Source of the DNA: Lytechinus pictus
Taxonomy: Eukaryota
Assembly: GCF_037042905.1 (NCBI RefSeq)
Contig: NC_087251.1
Span: 5,458,001 to 5,522,000 of the forward strand
Direction of reading: 5' to 3'
DNA: 64,000 nt
Part shown: positions 26,314 through 40,061 of the stretch, in pieces
How the letters are laid out: each line of letters begins with the position of its first letter
Numbering within the stretch: position 1 is the first letter of the stretch
Notes under the pieces: model-generated
Databases searched by the model: none
Told to the model about the DNA's origin: nothing
Seen by the model: the letters and a program-made list of their open reading frames with translations, nothing else
Program-made: the position numbers and the translations under genes

Positions 26314-27479
26314 AAAGTGATTAGAATAACGATAATGATTGTTTTGTAGCACGAATGGCTGTCAAACATGTCGAAGGGGGCAGCACGTTTTAGTAATTTT
26401 AATAAGAGTCGGCAGATAACGATAGAAAGGAGAACTTTTAAAGAGTGTATCCTATGACTTGTAGATGAGAAGATTGACTAAATTTTTTTTTTCATTTCTT
26501 GTTTTGTTATATTTCGTAACATATACGGATTAAATAAGTATGTTATAGTTATTAAGTTCGTAGTGTTGAAGGGAATGTATTTGCATAATCAATACCTTTC
26601 TACAGGGTGTAGGAAATGGACGACCTTTCTCACGCTTGGCTCGTGGGACATTTGAAATACAACATATACAATAATAAAACGTCTCGTATATCCATCTTTA
26701 TATAATGTAGGTTAATACAATTATTGCTTTCATGTGATGAAGGAACTTGAATGGAATTTTAAAAAGGACGTTACCCGTAAAACTATATATCGCCGGATAA
26801 AGTACCGGTTTCTGCAGTTCGGTAATTCGCCGTGCTTTGCATTAGACGGTGTTTACTCCGAATTCAGTGCTTCCTCTTCTGTCACACATCATTGAAATAG
26901 ACAACATTTCATGATGTTTCTGTAATTTGGTGTGTTCCACAAAACACCATGTATATCCAGTGTTCAAATCCTGCTCATCCGCCAAAGATCCTGAAATTAA
27001 ATATGAATTATTCATTTAAAATGTCTTTGTGGCACTTTTAAAGGGGTGATCACATTTCTCCGGATTAGATTATTGTTCATAGCGGGTCAGCAATTCGCTC
27101 TGTTCCGCTAAAGACCATGTTACATTAACACTTTACATAATCCTGGTCATTCGTCACTCATCCGCCATAAACCCAGAGAATCGCGCGGGAACCATCCCCC
27201 CAAAATGCATGTCTAGATATGAATACATAAACAAATGAATTAATAAGAAACAATATAATAAAATAAGATAAATAAATGTAATAAATAAATAAAACAGTAA
27301 TGATAGTGATAATAATAAATAAATAAATGAAGAAAAAAATAAATAAATAAAAATTAATAGATAACTAGATAAATGAGTACAAAATATAATATTTCAGTTT
27401 TCCGGGCAGTCTTGGCGGGAAAAGGGACATTATAAGCACATTTTGGTCATCATGATACGTACCTGTCTCGCTAAACAAA

Positions 27480-28160
27480 CAATGCGAGCGCGTAGCGCGA
27501 GCTGAAATTTTTGTATATATTGACGACAAACATGGACATTTTAATGACTATTTTTTAAGGAATCCATTATGAGTATTCATATATAACCATAGTCATCTTA
27601 TGCGATTGCCAAGCGCTTTCTGATTTTGTTAGAATAATTGCATCTAAACACATGAAGCACTTTTTGAAGCCATTGTAATCATGATTATCATACGCATCTC
27701 ACTATTCAAATACTGCGAGCGCGAAGCGCGAGCTGAAAATTTAGGATACTCAGACATGCAGAGGGGCATTCTAAGGCTTGTTTGTATGAAATTCACTAAG
27801 ACCATACGTATATTAGTAACCAAATGATGCGAGCGCAAAGCGCGAGCTGAAAATTTAAAATTTTAGAAAAAGGGACATTTTGAGGACTGATTTTACGAAT
27901 TCATGAAGAGCAGACATATCATACCAATCTACTAATGCGAACATGGCGAACGTAAGCTCGGACTAGAAATGTTTTATAGTCAGACCTTAAAAGGGGGCAA
28001 TCACTTTAAGTAGTCATGAAAAAGAAGCATATGTCACTACATAAAACAATAATAACTCGAACTGCGAGGAAATATATTTTGTGTATATTGGCTTGAAAAC
28101 GGGATGTTTTAGTACAACGGGAATAATAATCTCGTTAAACAGACAATGCGAGCACCAGGA
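27480..28160 (-). repeat. Second member of the GCGAGCGCGAAGCGCGAGC repeat family, inverted relative to 16.8-18.1 kb
   Basis: Motif copies at ~27484, 27715 and 27829, each followed by TGAAA(A)TT. Confidence 0.6.
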
Positions 28161-29819
28161 ACGATTAACACATAGGCCCTGAGCCACTAGCGTACCTAAG
28201 GAGGGAGGGGGCAGACTGCCCCCACCCCTGATGAGTCACAACTGATCCAGGGGACGTGCCACCGCCCCCCCCCCCCCCCCCTTTTGAGAAGAAAAATTAA
28301 ATTTTTTTTTTGCTTGTCAATTTTTTTTCTGGTACGAAATTCTTTATTTGTGGTTGAAGAATTTTTGGAAAATCCTGGGTACGCCGCTGCCCTGAGCAAA
28401 TTACGTTTCATAAAGTTATGAAAAAAAAATGCTTATGTAATATAACATAACATATATAATATAATACAACATATTACAATGTACAATAATTTATTATATC
28501 CCACTTTGTTTCTCTTCCTTTCTCCCTTTCACAGTTTTTGTAATTCGTTTTGGCCACTGGTTAGCAGTGTTAAAAAGTATCGAGAACGCAGTGGTTTCTG
28601 CCATCCTTGGGGCACTGTTCACGGCGATTTGAGAATTGCCATCTTTACCAGCGACGTGTAATTGCCCTTAAGCATTTTTGACTTGTACATATCCAAACGC
28701 CGCGAAACGTCGAAAATGCCTGCGTCTCATACGCTTACTTTATATATATAAACTGCGTGATTCCCGCGGCAGTGATCCGCCAGTCTTTGCGATGTTTCCA
28801 CGCCATCTACATAAAGTTAATAACATTGAAACTTGATGGGTGTATAGAGGGTGGAAGAGGATGGTATCGAAGCTTGTTTGAACCACCTCAGTACGGAGAA
28901 CATCTTCTATTTTTTAGAACACTAATTGCGCTGGTCCTATGTTATTAGATGCATTAAAATGGTCCAATTTCATCATGAAATTATGCTAGATTTTGATTAT
29001 TTGATTCAGAATGACGTTTGAGTGTTTTGGTTGGTCAAATTGACTGCACCGTGTCAATAAAGTAATTAATCTGTCAAACACTCAGTGATTGTCAGTATGA
29101 CAGGTGTATTGGTTTTCGGAGGTACAGACATAACTAACGTTTGATTTTCCACTCTGTCTTAGAAATGTAAAGGTCACTGTAATATCAGTTCTACAAAATT
29201 CAAGCATCGAGCTCGCTCCATTTGTCCTTGTCAAATGTATATATTTCAATGATTGATATAAATTTCAATCTCGCATTTCCTGCTACTACTAAATGACAGG
29301 CAGCTCTAGATGCATCATATTTCATTTCTAGATATGATCGTGATCATCACACTTCTAGTCATCACCTGCGCGCTATACCTCTCATAAAATGTAACGATAT
29401 ACTACTATTCCTGCTGCATACGATATGGCATTTCCTGAGTGACATCCAAGGACATTCCGGCACAAAGAGAGGTGAAAATATCATGGTGTTGTAAGGCATT
29501 ACTGGTGAGAAACTCTTGGTAAAAAAATGATCGTCTCCTTCGCTTTCTGCATGTAGTCTCTCAAACGCAGGGTGTAGAAAGTTAAATAGAGAGAATAGAT
29601 AATTCTCATTTGTGACACTTTCAGACACATAGAACTTTTCGTATATTAATACATGGTAGACCAGAGGCGTCGATCTTGGTGCCGGGGGGATCCCATTGCT
29701 CTGGGACGATGGGGTGCAGGGGCGTCGATCCATTTTTCAGATTGGGGGGGGGGGCGAAATCATGAATCAACGTTCCAAAGGCGCTCGATCAAACAAAACA
29801 AACAAACTCACCCATACAC

Positions 29820-30115
29820 ATTGGGGTTTTTTCTGCTGGTTATTTTGATATAAAGCGAGGGGTAAGATAGGGGGATCCCCTCTCCCCATATTAAATTTTG
29901 TTTCTGCTCTGTATAGAAATACTTGCTTTGGCAATAAGGAAATACAAAAATGTTGAAGGAATTCAATTTCAGAACCATGAAATAAAGCAAATTTTGTATG
30001 CTGATGATATATCATTGTTTGTAAAAAAAAAATACACATTCTTTAGAACGTCTTCAATACCTTTTTGAAGAATTCGAGAAAATTAGTGGTCTAAAAATAA
30101 ACAAAGGAAAATCAT
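29820..30115 (+). mobile_element. L1/Tx1-clade LINE RT fragment
   Basis: GYFDIKRGVR*GDPLSPY, LFLLCIEILALAIR, KGIQFQNHEIKQILYADDISLF, FEEFEKISGLKINKGKS. Confidence 0.8.
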
Positions 30116-30170
30116 GTTACCTGAAACTCATGCAAGATGATCATTGATACTTTATTACCCAAATCCTCTG

Positions 30171-31671
30171 GGGCGGTATTCTGAAAATCGTGTTAACTTT
30201 GGTGTTAAATATCGTGTTATCTCTCTGATTTAACACGCCCCTAACATACCCCCAAATCGGTATTCTGAAAACCGTGTTATCTGCGTGTTATCTCATTTCG
30301 TGTTATCTTCAGCTCCTCCCACTCTGCATTTATTTAATCCAATCAAATGCGCTGTTACAGAAACAAATCGAGCAAAATTTTCAGGGAAAAGGGGAGTGCG
30401 CGCTCGGTGACACGAAGCTTGCATTGTGACATCATTTTTGAAAGCGCATACAGCTATTAAAACAAAAGTTAGAGCAAGAAAGTCAGACGTGGGGAGGGGT
30501 GATTGTGACCACTGGCGTAAATCCCGAGGAGGGGGGGATGGCCTGTACAAACATCCCCCCACTTTTTACGAAAGAAATGAAAAAAAAATCACAAGAGATA
30601 ATTGTTTTATTACGAAATTATGACAGGAGACAGAGGCCTCGATCGATTGTGGAGCAGGCAGGGGACGATCGCCCCTAAAATATGGGGGCAAGCATAATTT
30701 ATACATGCCCCCAATACTAGTAATTTTAAGAACTTGAAAAAATAAATATGCAATGTAAATTTTGAAAAGCATGAAAAGCACCTTAAGAAAAATTAAACCT
30801 GACATAGAAATATCAGACATACAAAATTGTATTTTTTTTTCTTTATTAACATTTTATGCGTATAGCGATCAGCCCCCCAACAAAAAAAAACTTTTGCCCC
30901 CTCCCCTATCCGAAGCATATAGATTGACTGGCGGGATAGATGAATTAAGGATAACCTAGAAGCATTGAGAGTCAAAAAAAGTGTATTCATTGGAACCATT
31001 GAAAAAGGGGGAAAATTGTGAATATTATAGAAGAGTTCCCCAATCGCCAATTCTATTCCTTTTAATTTCTGTTTGTGACTTTTTTAAGACGTTTTAAATT
31101 TTCTTCCTCTCCTTCTGTCTTTTTTATATTATGGCAAAAAGTAACTAAATAAATAACTCATGAACATTTATGATAGTGATTTTAATTAATACAAATTAAA
31201 GATGCATTTGAAGTGTATTTTCACAGGAAATTCCAAAGAAATTGTTGTTTAATCATTGTTCGTAGAGAGAAAGGTAGATGGAAAATAAAGCTGGAAAAAT
31301 GAAAGAAAATTACAGTAAATTCTGCCAGACGATAGTTATATGCCCGTTTATGTTCTTTTTGACGTTTGCGTCTGCTAAAAAAGAGTGCAGCCATCGTCAT
31401 CCCTAACTTAACCTCTCCTTAACGCAGTGTTAAATGTTCGTGTTATCTTTGAACAAAATTTTAGCTAACACCATTTTCAGAATACCAAATTTCGTGTTAT
31501 CTTCCTCCCTAACACCGCGTATGGGGGGTGCGCGTTGCGCTCTGCGTATTTCATAACCTGCGCTGTGTTACCACTTGGGCCACGTGTTTTTCATGCTAAC
31601 ACGATTTTCAGAATACCAATCGTGTTAGCTAACACCGTTTTTGTGCTAACACGGTTTTCAGAATACCGCCC
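30171..31671. mobile_element. PIF/Harbinger non-autonomous element, 1.5 kb, CTG TSD
   Basis: TIRs GGGCGGTATTCTGAAAA / TTTTCAGAATACCGCCC with CTG on both flanks. Repeated subterminal CGTGTTA motifs. Confidence 0.8.
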
Positions 31672-31776
31672 CTGTAGGTTATGGTGAGTTTTCAAAAACT
31701 TAACATGAATAAATGATTAGCAAAATCGTGAATGAAACATAAGTTTAACATTTCTCTTACTAAAAGGTATGTCCAG

Positions 31777-31905
31777 GGGCCCGTAACAAAAAGCTTAGCA
31801 ATGATTGTAGAACACTTTTCTACGATTGATTGCATTGACTACAATGTACAATCAATCGTGAAAATCAAGCGTACGATCAATCGCTAACCTTTGTGTTACG
31901 GGACC
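31777..31905. mobile_element. PIF/Harbinger-type MITE, CAG TSD
   Basis: GGGCCCGTAACAAAAAGCTTAGC / GCTAACCTTTGTGTTACGGGACC, flanked by CAG. Confidence 0.75.
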
Positions 31906-32266
31906 CAGGTCACTTAATTTTCAACACTTAATTTGACCTTTAATGTCAGTTCGAGTCTGGAAATATGTAGAAAAATACAAGAAATATCATGAAAATGATT
32001 TTCTCTCTTGGATAAAGTTCATCATTTTTATACCAATGGATTCCGTGACCTCAGGAATGGTGGTTTGGGTGTCTAAATCAAGATTCTAGTTTACTTTGGC
32101 GGCCATTTTGAAAAGTCAAAGATGGCGGCCATATGGGTCACGGGTGCAAATGTAAACATTGTTATTCTGAATCCTTATACAATTACCTTTCCAAAAATGT
32201 ACAATTTTCAATTTCTCCAAAAAAATCGGGCGAAATTACATAGCAAAAGTGACTATAAGTGAAATG

Positions 32267-32985
32267 GGGTGATAATTTGTGGTGTCAGTTTTTGCACAGA
32301 TTGTCGCGAAATTGTCAGGAGTGACAATTTGTGCTGGAGTGACAAATTGTCAGGGGTGACAATTTGTGCTGGAGTGACAAATTGTGCAGGGGTGACAATT
32401 TGTGCTGGAGTGACAAATTGTCAGGGGTGACAATTTGTGCTGGAGTGACAAATTGTGCAGGGGTGGCAATTTGTGCTGGAGTGACAAATTGTCAGGGGTG
32501 ACAATTTGTGCTGGAGTGACAAATTGTCAGGGGTGACAATTTGTGCTGGAGTGACAATTTGTCAGGGGTGACAATTTGTGCTGGAGTGACAAATTGTCAG
32601 GGGTGACAATTTGTGCTGGAGTGACAATTTGTGCTGGAGTGACAAATTGTCAGGGGTGACAATTTGTGCTGGAGTGACAAATTGTGCAGGGGTGACAATT
32701 TGTGCTGGAGTGACAAATTGTCAGGGGTGACAATTTGTGCTGGAGTGACAATTTGTGCTGGAGTGACAAATTGTCAGGGTGACAATTTGTGCTGGAGTGA
32801 CAAATTGTCAGGGGTGACAAATTGTCAGGGGTGACAATTTGTGCTGGAGTGACAAATTGTGCTGGAGTGACAAATTGTGCAGGGGTGGCAAATTGTGCAG
32901 GGGTGGCAATTTTTTGTGTCAGTTTTTGAACAAATTGTCGCCAAGTTGTCGAGGTGACAATTTGTGGTGCAACAAATTTTCTGGG
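32267..32985. repeat. Minisatellite of alternating 17-19-bp units (GTGACAATTTGTGCTGGA / GTGACAAATTGTCAGGG)
   Basis: More than 30 units between ~32315 and 32910, bracketed by the direct repeat TGTCAGTTTTTG.ACA.ATTGTCGC. Confidence 0.9.
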
Positions 32986-35900
32986 GGTGCTACGTGTATT
33001 ATTCTCCTTGGAATTCTTGTTGGTGTGACAAAATGGAGAAATGTAATGAAACCCCCTTTTACCGGTTTTTTTTTTTTTCTGCTTGTCAAATTTCTCGGGA
33101 ACCAAATGATAGTCATCTTGTAGTGAACCCTCCCCCCTTATTTCTTTGCTTGTCAAATTTCTCGGGACCAAAATGACCTTAATTTTGTTTTGAAACCCCT
33201 TTTTTTGCTTGCCAAACTTGCATCAGCATCCCCTGGAAAAAAAACATCGTTCCCAGAGCCCTGGGGATCCCTCATGATCCCTCATTACAAGTCAATTACC
33301 TGATAAAAAGATCGAAAATGAATAAGATATTTGAAAGCTCTTATACGGTGGATCATGCACAGACCATAATAATGTGAGATTAAAAGGCTGACGATCTTGG
33401 ATTTTGGGACAAACTCGACCACTGACTGACTGGCCATGCGACTCGTTTCATTATATACATGATATACTTGACCCTGGAAGCAATAGTGTAGACATCTAAA
33501 TGATATCTCACAATGAGCTACATGTATGACCCATTTAAGTATCAACAGCGATAAACTCCATTTTGCAATCCATCTTGGATTTTTGGACATACCAGACCAC
33601 TGTCTGTCCTTGTGACTTATCTCATTTTACTTCTTGGCCATTGAATAGAAAAAGCCACAAAAATAATTAATAGATGAATTGTGGACTTTTGGGCTACAGC
33701 AGCCATTTTGGACGCCATCTTGGATTTTACAAGTACTCTGGAGATTATTATGTTCCCTCTAACATGTATCAACATATTTTTTTACCCCGGGCCCAGGCCC
33801 TAGACCAATGAATACGCACCAACATAGATTGCCTATGGTGGATAATGAATGAGTTATAACCCCTTTCCAGAATGCGAATTTTGGTGGATTTTAATATGCT
33901 ATTCCTGAGGTCAATTAGTACCAAAACAGTTTTAAAAAATGTTCATCCCATTTGATAGAAGGTATTGTACTTGTCTACCTTGACCCCTTTCGTTCCATTC
34001 ATATTGCTACTCATAATGACTCAAGCTTCGACAACACTAACCCACTCAACTCCCTACCCCCCCCCCCCTCCCAAAAAATGAAATAAAAATGGAAATAAAA
34101 ATAATAATAAAATCCCTATGACATTCCTCATATCTTTGATGATATTGCCCTCTTGTTTCCTCCCTTTTATTAACGATTTGATTTCCAAAGGAGAGCAATT
34201 TTGTATTTTATTATTCTTAATATCATGGATGTACAAAATGCATTGGTTTGTAATTCATAACAACACCTGGAATCCATTTCTGTCCCTCACATTCAAAGAA
34301 TCCAAAGTTTACTTTAATCTCCATCACGTTCTTTCTGCATTTAACCTTTGCCTTTTTCTTCATTTTCACATTCATTGATCAATAATGAATTAGGGAAGAC
34401 AAATATGTCCCCCCCCCCTCTCTCTCTCTCCCTCTCTTGGATCCTCACACAAACTCTTCCATAACAACCAGTCATCTTAACCATCATCTCAGAGAGGTCC
34501 ACGACCCATTTTTACGCCGATATCTCAACTCTCCCCAGTCTCTTATCCCCTATACCGCGACACATCTCCTTTACACCACAACCCATGCATAAACCACCCT
34601 CCAACATGCCTTTTCTCTCCCTAATGGTGTTACTTAATCCAGATTATTACGTGACAAAGTGGATAGTGAATATCCTCGCCCTCAGAGTAAAACAATCTGT
34701 TTTCCACCAATCAGAAATTGATTTCTTTTAACTGTCTCCTTTTTCAATCAATGTCCTGATGTAACACAAATGACTATGACATGAAATTTAGCAAGGTATG
34801 TCTAACCCCACAAACGTGAATGTCAGAGAAAGTGAAGTTTTATTCTAGAGTTGGAACATCCTATCAATCTGTCCCAACAAGTCAATTTTCTGCATTTGCC
34901 GCTCCGTTCCAGTGTGTTTGTGTGCACTAGCCTGACAATACATTGGTATTGTCGGCATAGATTGGCCAATTCAAGGTTTTGACTTTAAGGAGCGTATGGT
35001 CTTAGAAATTATGTTGCCGGTATTCAGTCATAAATTGCACAAAGATGAATTGACCGTGAGTGATAATGTTTCACTGGATTCATACGCACATCTTATGTCC
35101 CTCAGAATAGTCCAATCTCAGATTATTGTGTGTTTCATTCATTTAAGCGGTCTACCCATGACGTCCTGAATTTCTCCATATTTCATCAACATCCAAAGAC
35201 TTTCAAGATTGTATAAAAAACACAAAATGACACTGGATATCCTTGGGACATGTTTGTCGACAGATGATTTTCGCAACCACAAAAAATATAATGGAATCGG
35301 CAGTCATGTAACATCCTGAATTTGAGACATTTCTAAGACAGCGATATCATCTCAGATCATATATCACGAGATGGAATACAAATCCATGGATTTCGTTTCC
35401 TGAGCAAGGACGTGACTTTTCGATTGCAGTCAATCAAAGTTAGATTGTAGGTTGTTAACAATATGAGCTACAAAGTTTCGACATCAAAGAGGGCGATCAT
35501 CCTTTTCTGATTCATTTACATAAGGGTTGGTTTCTCCAGTTTTCGTCTCGATCTGCATTTTTAAAGGCCTCTATAATATGATTTTGCATAATGATTGAAC
35601 AGGCAAGGGGCGCCACTTTTAGGGGGCACAAACAATGTATAAACGAGAAAGATGATTTTACGAATATAAAGGGAAATAATGAAAGCTCAAGAAAATGGGT
35701 ACAAAAAATTAGAATTTATGAAAAGGAGGAGAAAAGGCCGAGAAGTGTAAACCTTTCTAACTTTTTTTTAATGGAAGGCGTGCAAATTCAACGCTAAACA
35801 TGTGTGGTGTTTTCTCTCTTTTGGGGGACGCCTTTTTTAAGCAGCTTTCGGATTATCGTAGCAATATTATCCCATATTTAGCAGACGTACAAAATATGTT

Positions 35901-36009
35901 ATCCATTTTGAAAACTTGGAAAGGTACGATTTGGAGCAATACATTCATTACCATTATGTAGTGCATGGTATCGACAGGAATTGGTTTCTGTTTATTCTTC
36001 TTTTTTTTC

Positions 36010-36058
36010 TTCTTCTCTCTCTCTCTCTCTCACTCCCTCTCTCTCTCTCTCTCCCTCT
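36010..36058. repeat. (CT)n microsatellite
   Basis: Seen directly. Confidence 0.85.
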
Positions 36059-36259
36059 TTCAAAGCCGAAAGCTTGGCAAAATGATTCTGTGGTTTACAA
36101 GCAACGTCCAAATTAATCGTCTTGTCTTTTCTTTCGTCCACATTATTATAACCATGTACCTTATTTCATACTTGTAATGTAACCATAAACTATCATGTCC
36201 AGTATTGGCTATTTAAAGCTATGGTCACAACCGTCCTAACCCAACGTTGGTTGGTTGGT

Positions 36260-37265
36260 TTTTATTGTCTCGCCTGCATAGCAGAGCGAGACTATAGGCG
36301 CCGCTTTTCCGACGGCGACGGCGACGGCGGCGGCGGCGGCGTCAACATCAAATCTTAACCAAAGGTTAAGTTTTTGAAATGACATCATAACTTAGAATGT
36401 ATAAGGACCTAGTTTATGAAACTTAAACATAAGGTTAATCAAGTATTAGTGAAGATCTTGCTTGAGTTTCAGGTCACGTGACCAAGGTCAAAGGTCATTT
36501 AGGGTCAATGAACTTTGGTCAAGTTGGGGTATTTGTTGAATTACTATCATAACTTTGAAAATTTATGGATCTAGTTCATGAAACTTGGACATAAGGTTAA
36601 TTAGGTACCACTGAATATCCTGTGCGAGTTTCAGGTCACATGACCATGGTCAATGGTCATTTAAGGTCAAAGAACTTTGGCCGTGTTGGGGGTATTTGTT
36701 AAATTACCATCCTAACTCTGAAAGTTTATGAATCTAGTTCATAAAACTTGGACATAAGAGTAATCAAGTATCACTGAACATCCTGTATGAGTTTCAGGTC
36801 ACATGACCATGGTCAAAGGTCATTAAAGGTCAATGAACTTTGGCCGTGTTGGGGGTATTTGTTGAATTACCATCCTAACTCTGAAAGTTTATGGATCTAG
36901 TTCATAAAACTTGGGATATAAGAGTAATCAAGTATCACTGAACATCCCCTGTGAGTTTCAGGTCACAAAACCAAGGTCAAAGGTCAGTTAAGGTCAATAA
37001 ACTTAGGCCATGTTGGGGTAATTGTTGAATTGCCATCATAACTTTGAAAGTTTATAGATAGAATGAATGAAATGTGGACATGGGTGTTGTTGACAAGTCT
37101 TAAGTCACCGTTCAAATGTCATTTATGGTCAATGAACGTGGTATTATGTCATTATATGAATGGTGTTTTTGTGAATGATTATTTTATAGTAGTTTTCAAA
37201 GTTAGGACTGCTGCTATATTAAATCGCGTAATGCAGGCGAGACTGCCAGAGGCGTTCCACTTGTT
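36260..37265 (+). mobile_element. Helentron-associated non-autonomous element (HINE/DINE-1-like) with ~163-bp tandem repeats
   Basis: 5' subTIR GTCTCGCCTGCA, adjacent IR GCAGAGCGAGAC and a (GGC)n tract. Repeat units start at ~36481, 36643, 36806 and 36970. 3' subTIR TGCAGGCGAGAC. T-rich flanks with no TSD. Confidence 0.75.
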
Positions 37266-39541
37266 CACGATTAAAAATGCATAAATAAAGCAAAATAAAC
37301 ATTACATGATCAAATAATTAAAAACAATAGAACAAATTAACAATATAACAGTAATCAAACTTAACAATGCATGTTATATAGAATCGTAGGGATAGACCCG
37401 TTTCAGATTGGTTATTAATAGCCAACCTTTTCTTCCCCGGGGTCGTGATTCTAATCCCTACGTTTTTAGGGGAGGCCATGACCACCATGTTTTTCTGAAA
37501 AAAGGTGACGATAGAGTCGCAAGAGTAAAAAAGGGGAGTACGTCAACACACGTTACTCTCACGGCCGGCCGTGAGCGGTTGCATGCCTCTTACTTTGTTC
37601 ATGGTAAGTGAGATGTACGTGCTTTCAACGTAAGGTCTCCATGCGATTCGTTTGGAGGGTGTACTTACACGCACTGCTCAAGTATGATGGGGTATCCAAA
37701 CTTCGCGGACATTACAAAATATTCATTCAGGCTAAAATTCGTTCACAAAATATTCCATGATCGAGATGAACATCGCAAATAGACCAAATCGCGAATATTG
37801 ACGACGAAATTCAAGACATCGTGAATTTCGTCGCCAATTTCGTCGTGAATTTGTTCAGCGGCGTAACAGGGGTCGGTGGCCAGGGGGGGGGGGCAAGAGC
37901 CAAAAATTTCCCGGTCATATCATGGTATGAACAGGCGTAATGGTGTAATGAGGCGACTATTTTGAAAAGGCCAGATATTGCGTATCGGGCAGAATTTATC
38001 TTTAAAAACAGTTGCGAGCGAGCGAAGCGAGCGAGCAAATTTTTTTGACCTTCTTTATACAAAAATCCAATTTTGTGATAGATTTTGACATGATATCCAG
38101 AAAATGAAATATTTCACTCTTCTCTCTTTAGATTCCTTTTTGTGTTCTTTACGCCACTGTGAACAGGATTCTTTGTGGCAGTAGCGTGAAGACTAAACAA
38201 AAGAAAAAAACAGGGGAGCAGTATAGCACATGTGCTAAAAAGCTGCTTTATACAAGTTCCGAGTGAGCGAAGCGAGCGAGAAAAAAATCACCTGTTCATG
38301 AGAATCTAACTTTGAGCTATTTCTTGGCATTATATTCAGTAAATAAAATCCTATCCTACACTTTTCCTTTGCTTTTCTTTCCTCCTTTTTTTATTCTTGT
38401 TTGTAGAACTTTTTGGGGCCATGGCCCAACCCTTCCATACGCAGTGCTGTGCGGTTGGGGTCCGGGCGGAGCCCCCGGAACCTGTTTGATATCAAAGCCA
38501 TTTAAACATTGCAGATTGCCGCTATTTGAATCAAATCGCGGTCATATACAGAATATAGCTTTTACACAACACATTTATTCAACCCAGTTTCATAATGAAC
38601 CAAATATTTTGAAGGGGCAAAATATAGCAATGTGGGAAAATTTGTATAAAAAAAAAAGTCGCCAGCATGCAAAGCGAGCTGGAAAAAAAATGCCAATTGA
38701 ATTAAATTCTAATTATGCGATAGCTTTTTCCATTATATTCAGCAAATAACGCATTTCATTGTTTCCATTCTTTTCATTATACGTTGTCTCCTACAATTTC
38801 TTTTATTTTCTTTTAGGTATGGAACCAAGACCCCCCCGCCTGTATGCCAGTGATTGATTGTGATTGAACGGGGGCGTTATAGAGCCATTTGAAGGTTATA
38901 AATGAAGAGCCCCGACTGCGTGGGGTCTGGGGTAAAGCCTTGGTAGCTTATTTGCATAAAATTTAGCAAGCTTATAGCACAATGTTGTATGCAGTCCATC
39001 TTTTTTCCCGCTCTTTAATTTCAATCATCGGCAGCCCGGTCGTGTTATTATTTTTCCCTTATCCCTTTTCTTTTCCAATTTAGCTTTTGACTAATATTAC
39101 TCTCTACCTTCGTTTCCCGCTATTGGTTGCCATTTTGTCATCTTTTCATTCATTTCCAACCGTGCTATTGCATTACATAAGCCTATATCGGAATGATTTG
39201 TTCTTTCTCAAATGTTCTTCTTTCGTATATTTTCCCGCTTTCCTTTTTTTTCCATCAAAAAAATGTTTTTTCTTCGTTTTCTTTTCCCTCTTCCTCCTTT
39301 CCTTTTCCCCTTTCCTTCCCCTTTCTTTCTCCCTCCTTTTTTTCTTTTCCCGTTTTTCTTTTATTTTCCCGGTGAAATCCGCCAGGGGGGGGCAACTTGC
39401 CCCCCCCCTGCCCCCCCCCCCCCCGCCTGTTACGCCACTGAATTTGTTGTGCTTGCTTGGGCGGTACGTGCATAATCATGGAACTCTTACCGAGACCTTT
39501 AACTATGCTTTCTGTGAAAATGGTACGTTTTAACTTCAAAT

Positions 39542-40061
39542 CCCGGGGGGGAGGGGTACTCGACCAAAAAAGTGGTATGTATGTGCCGCAGGCGAGACAA
39601 AAACGGGGGCCCTGGGGCGGGCTTATTGTAAAAAGGAGGGTTCTCGGAACGGGCTTCGGAACTATATGTTTGTGAAAACGGGGGTCCTTGGAACGGGTCG
39701 CCTGCGTGTGAGAGCGTATGTATCCCTATGGAACCAAGGAGATAGAGTGATATCTCCTTGATGGAACGGGCATACGTGCATGCAGCTGGCCCGGCGGCGC
39801 GGCATGCACGGGTGCGCTCGGGCAGAGCTAGAGGCGATGGATATAACGGTCGAACAGCGCTCTGCGGCCGCTTTTCACCAAAATTGCAGCTCTTTGTAGC
39901 GGATCAATGCGGCCGGAACGGATTTGGAGCGGATTTCTTCTTTTTTGTCGAGAAGAAGAAAATGCTATGCTTTGGAGCGGCATTCTTTGTTCTTTTTCTC
40001 AATAAGATAAAAAGCTATGCCTTGGAACGGAAATTTGAGTGTAAAAATAAGGGTTCCCTCC
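39542..40061 (-). mobile_element. Truncated copy of the CCCGG-ended MITE (inverted relative to 46594-47131)
   Basis: Colinear similarity with the reverse complement of 46640-47131. One end is missing. Confidence 0.8.
39735..39760. mobile_element. 26-bp hairpin micro-insertion with 7-bp TSD
   Basis: ATGGAAC-[CAAGGAGATA GAGTGA TATCTCCTTG]-ATGGAAC. The empty site is present in the paralogous MITE at ~46930-46945. Confidence 0.85.

Noticed and set aside
26780..29730. Possible antisense nested gene (acceptor-like site at ~26990, TATA-like run at ~28740, ORF 29362-29733)
   Set aside because: I could not build a consistent exon chain or recognise a protein.
32315..32910. CRISPR-like appearance of the regular repeat, and ORF 32650-33171
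   Set aside because: There are no unique spacers and no cas genes, and the context is eukaryotic. It is a minisatellite.
34400..35560. Coding-like minus-strand stretch with IYADN and FDVET motifs
   Set aside because: Too degenerate to assign. The motifs may be chance.
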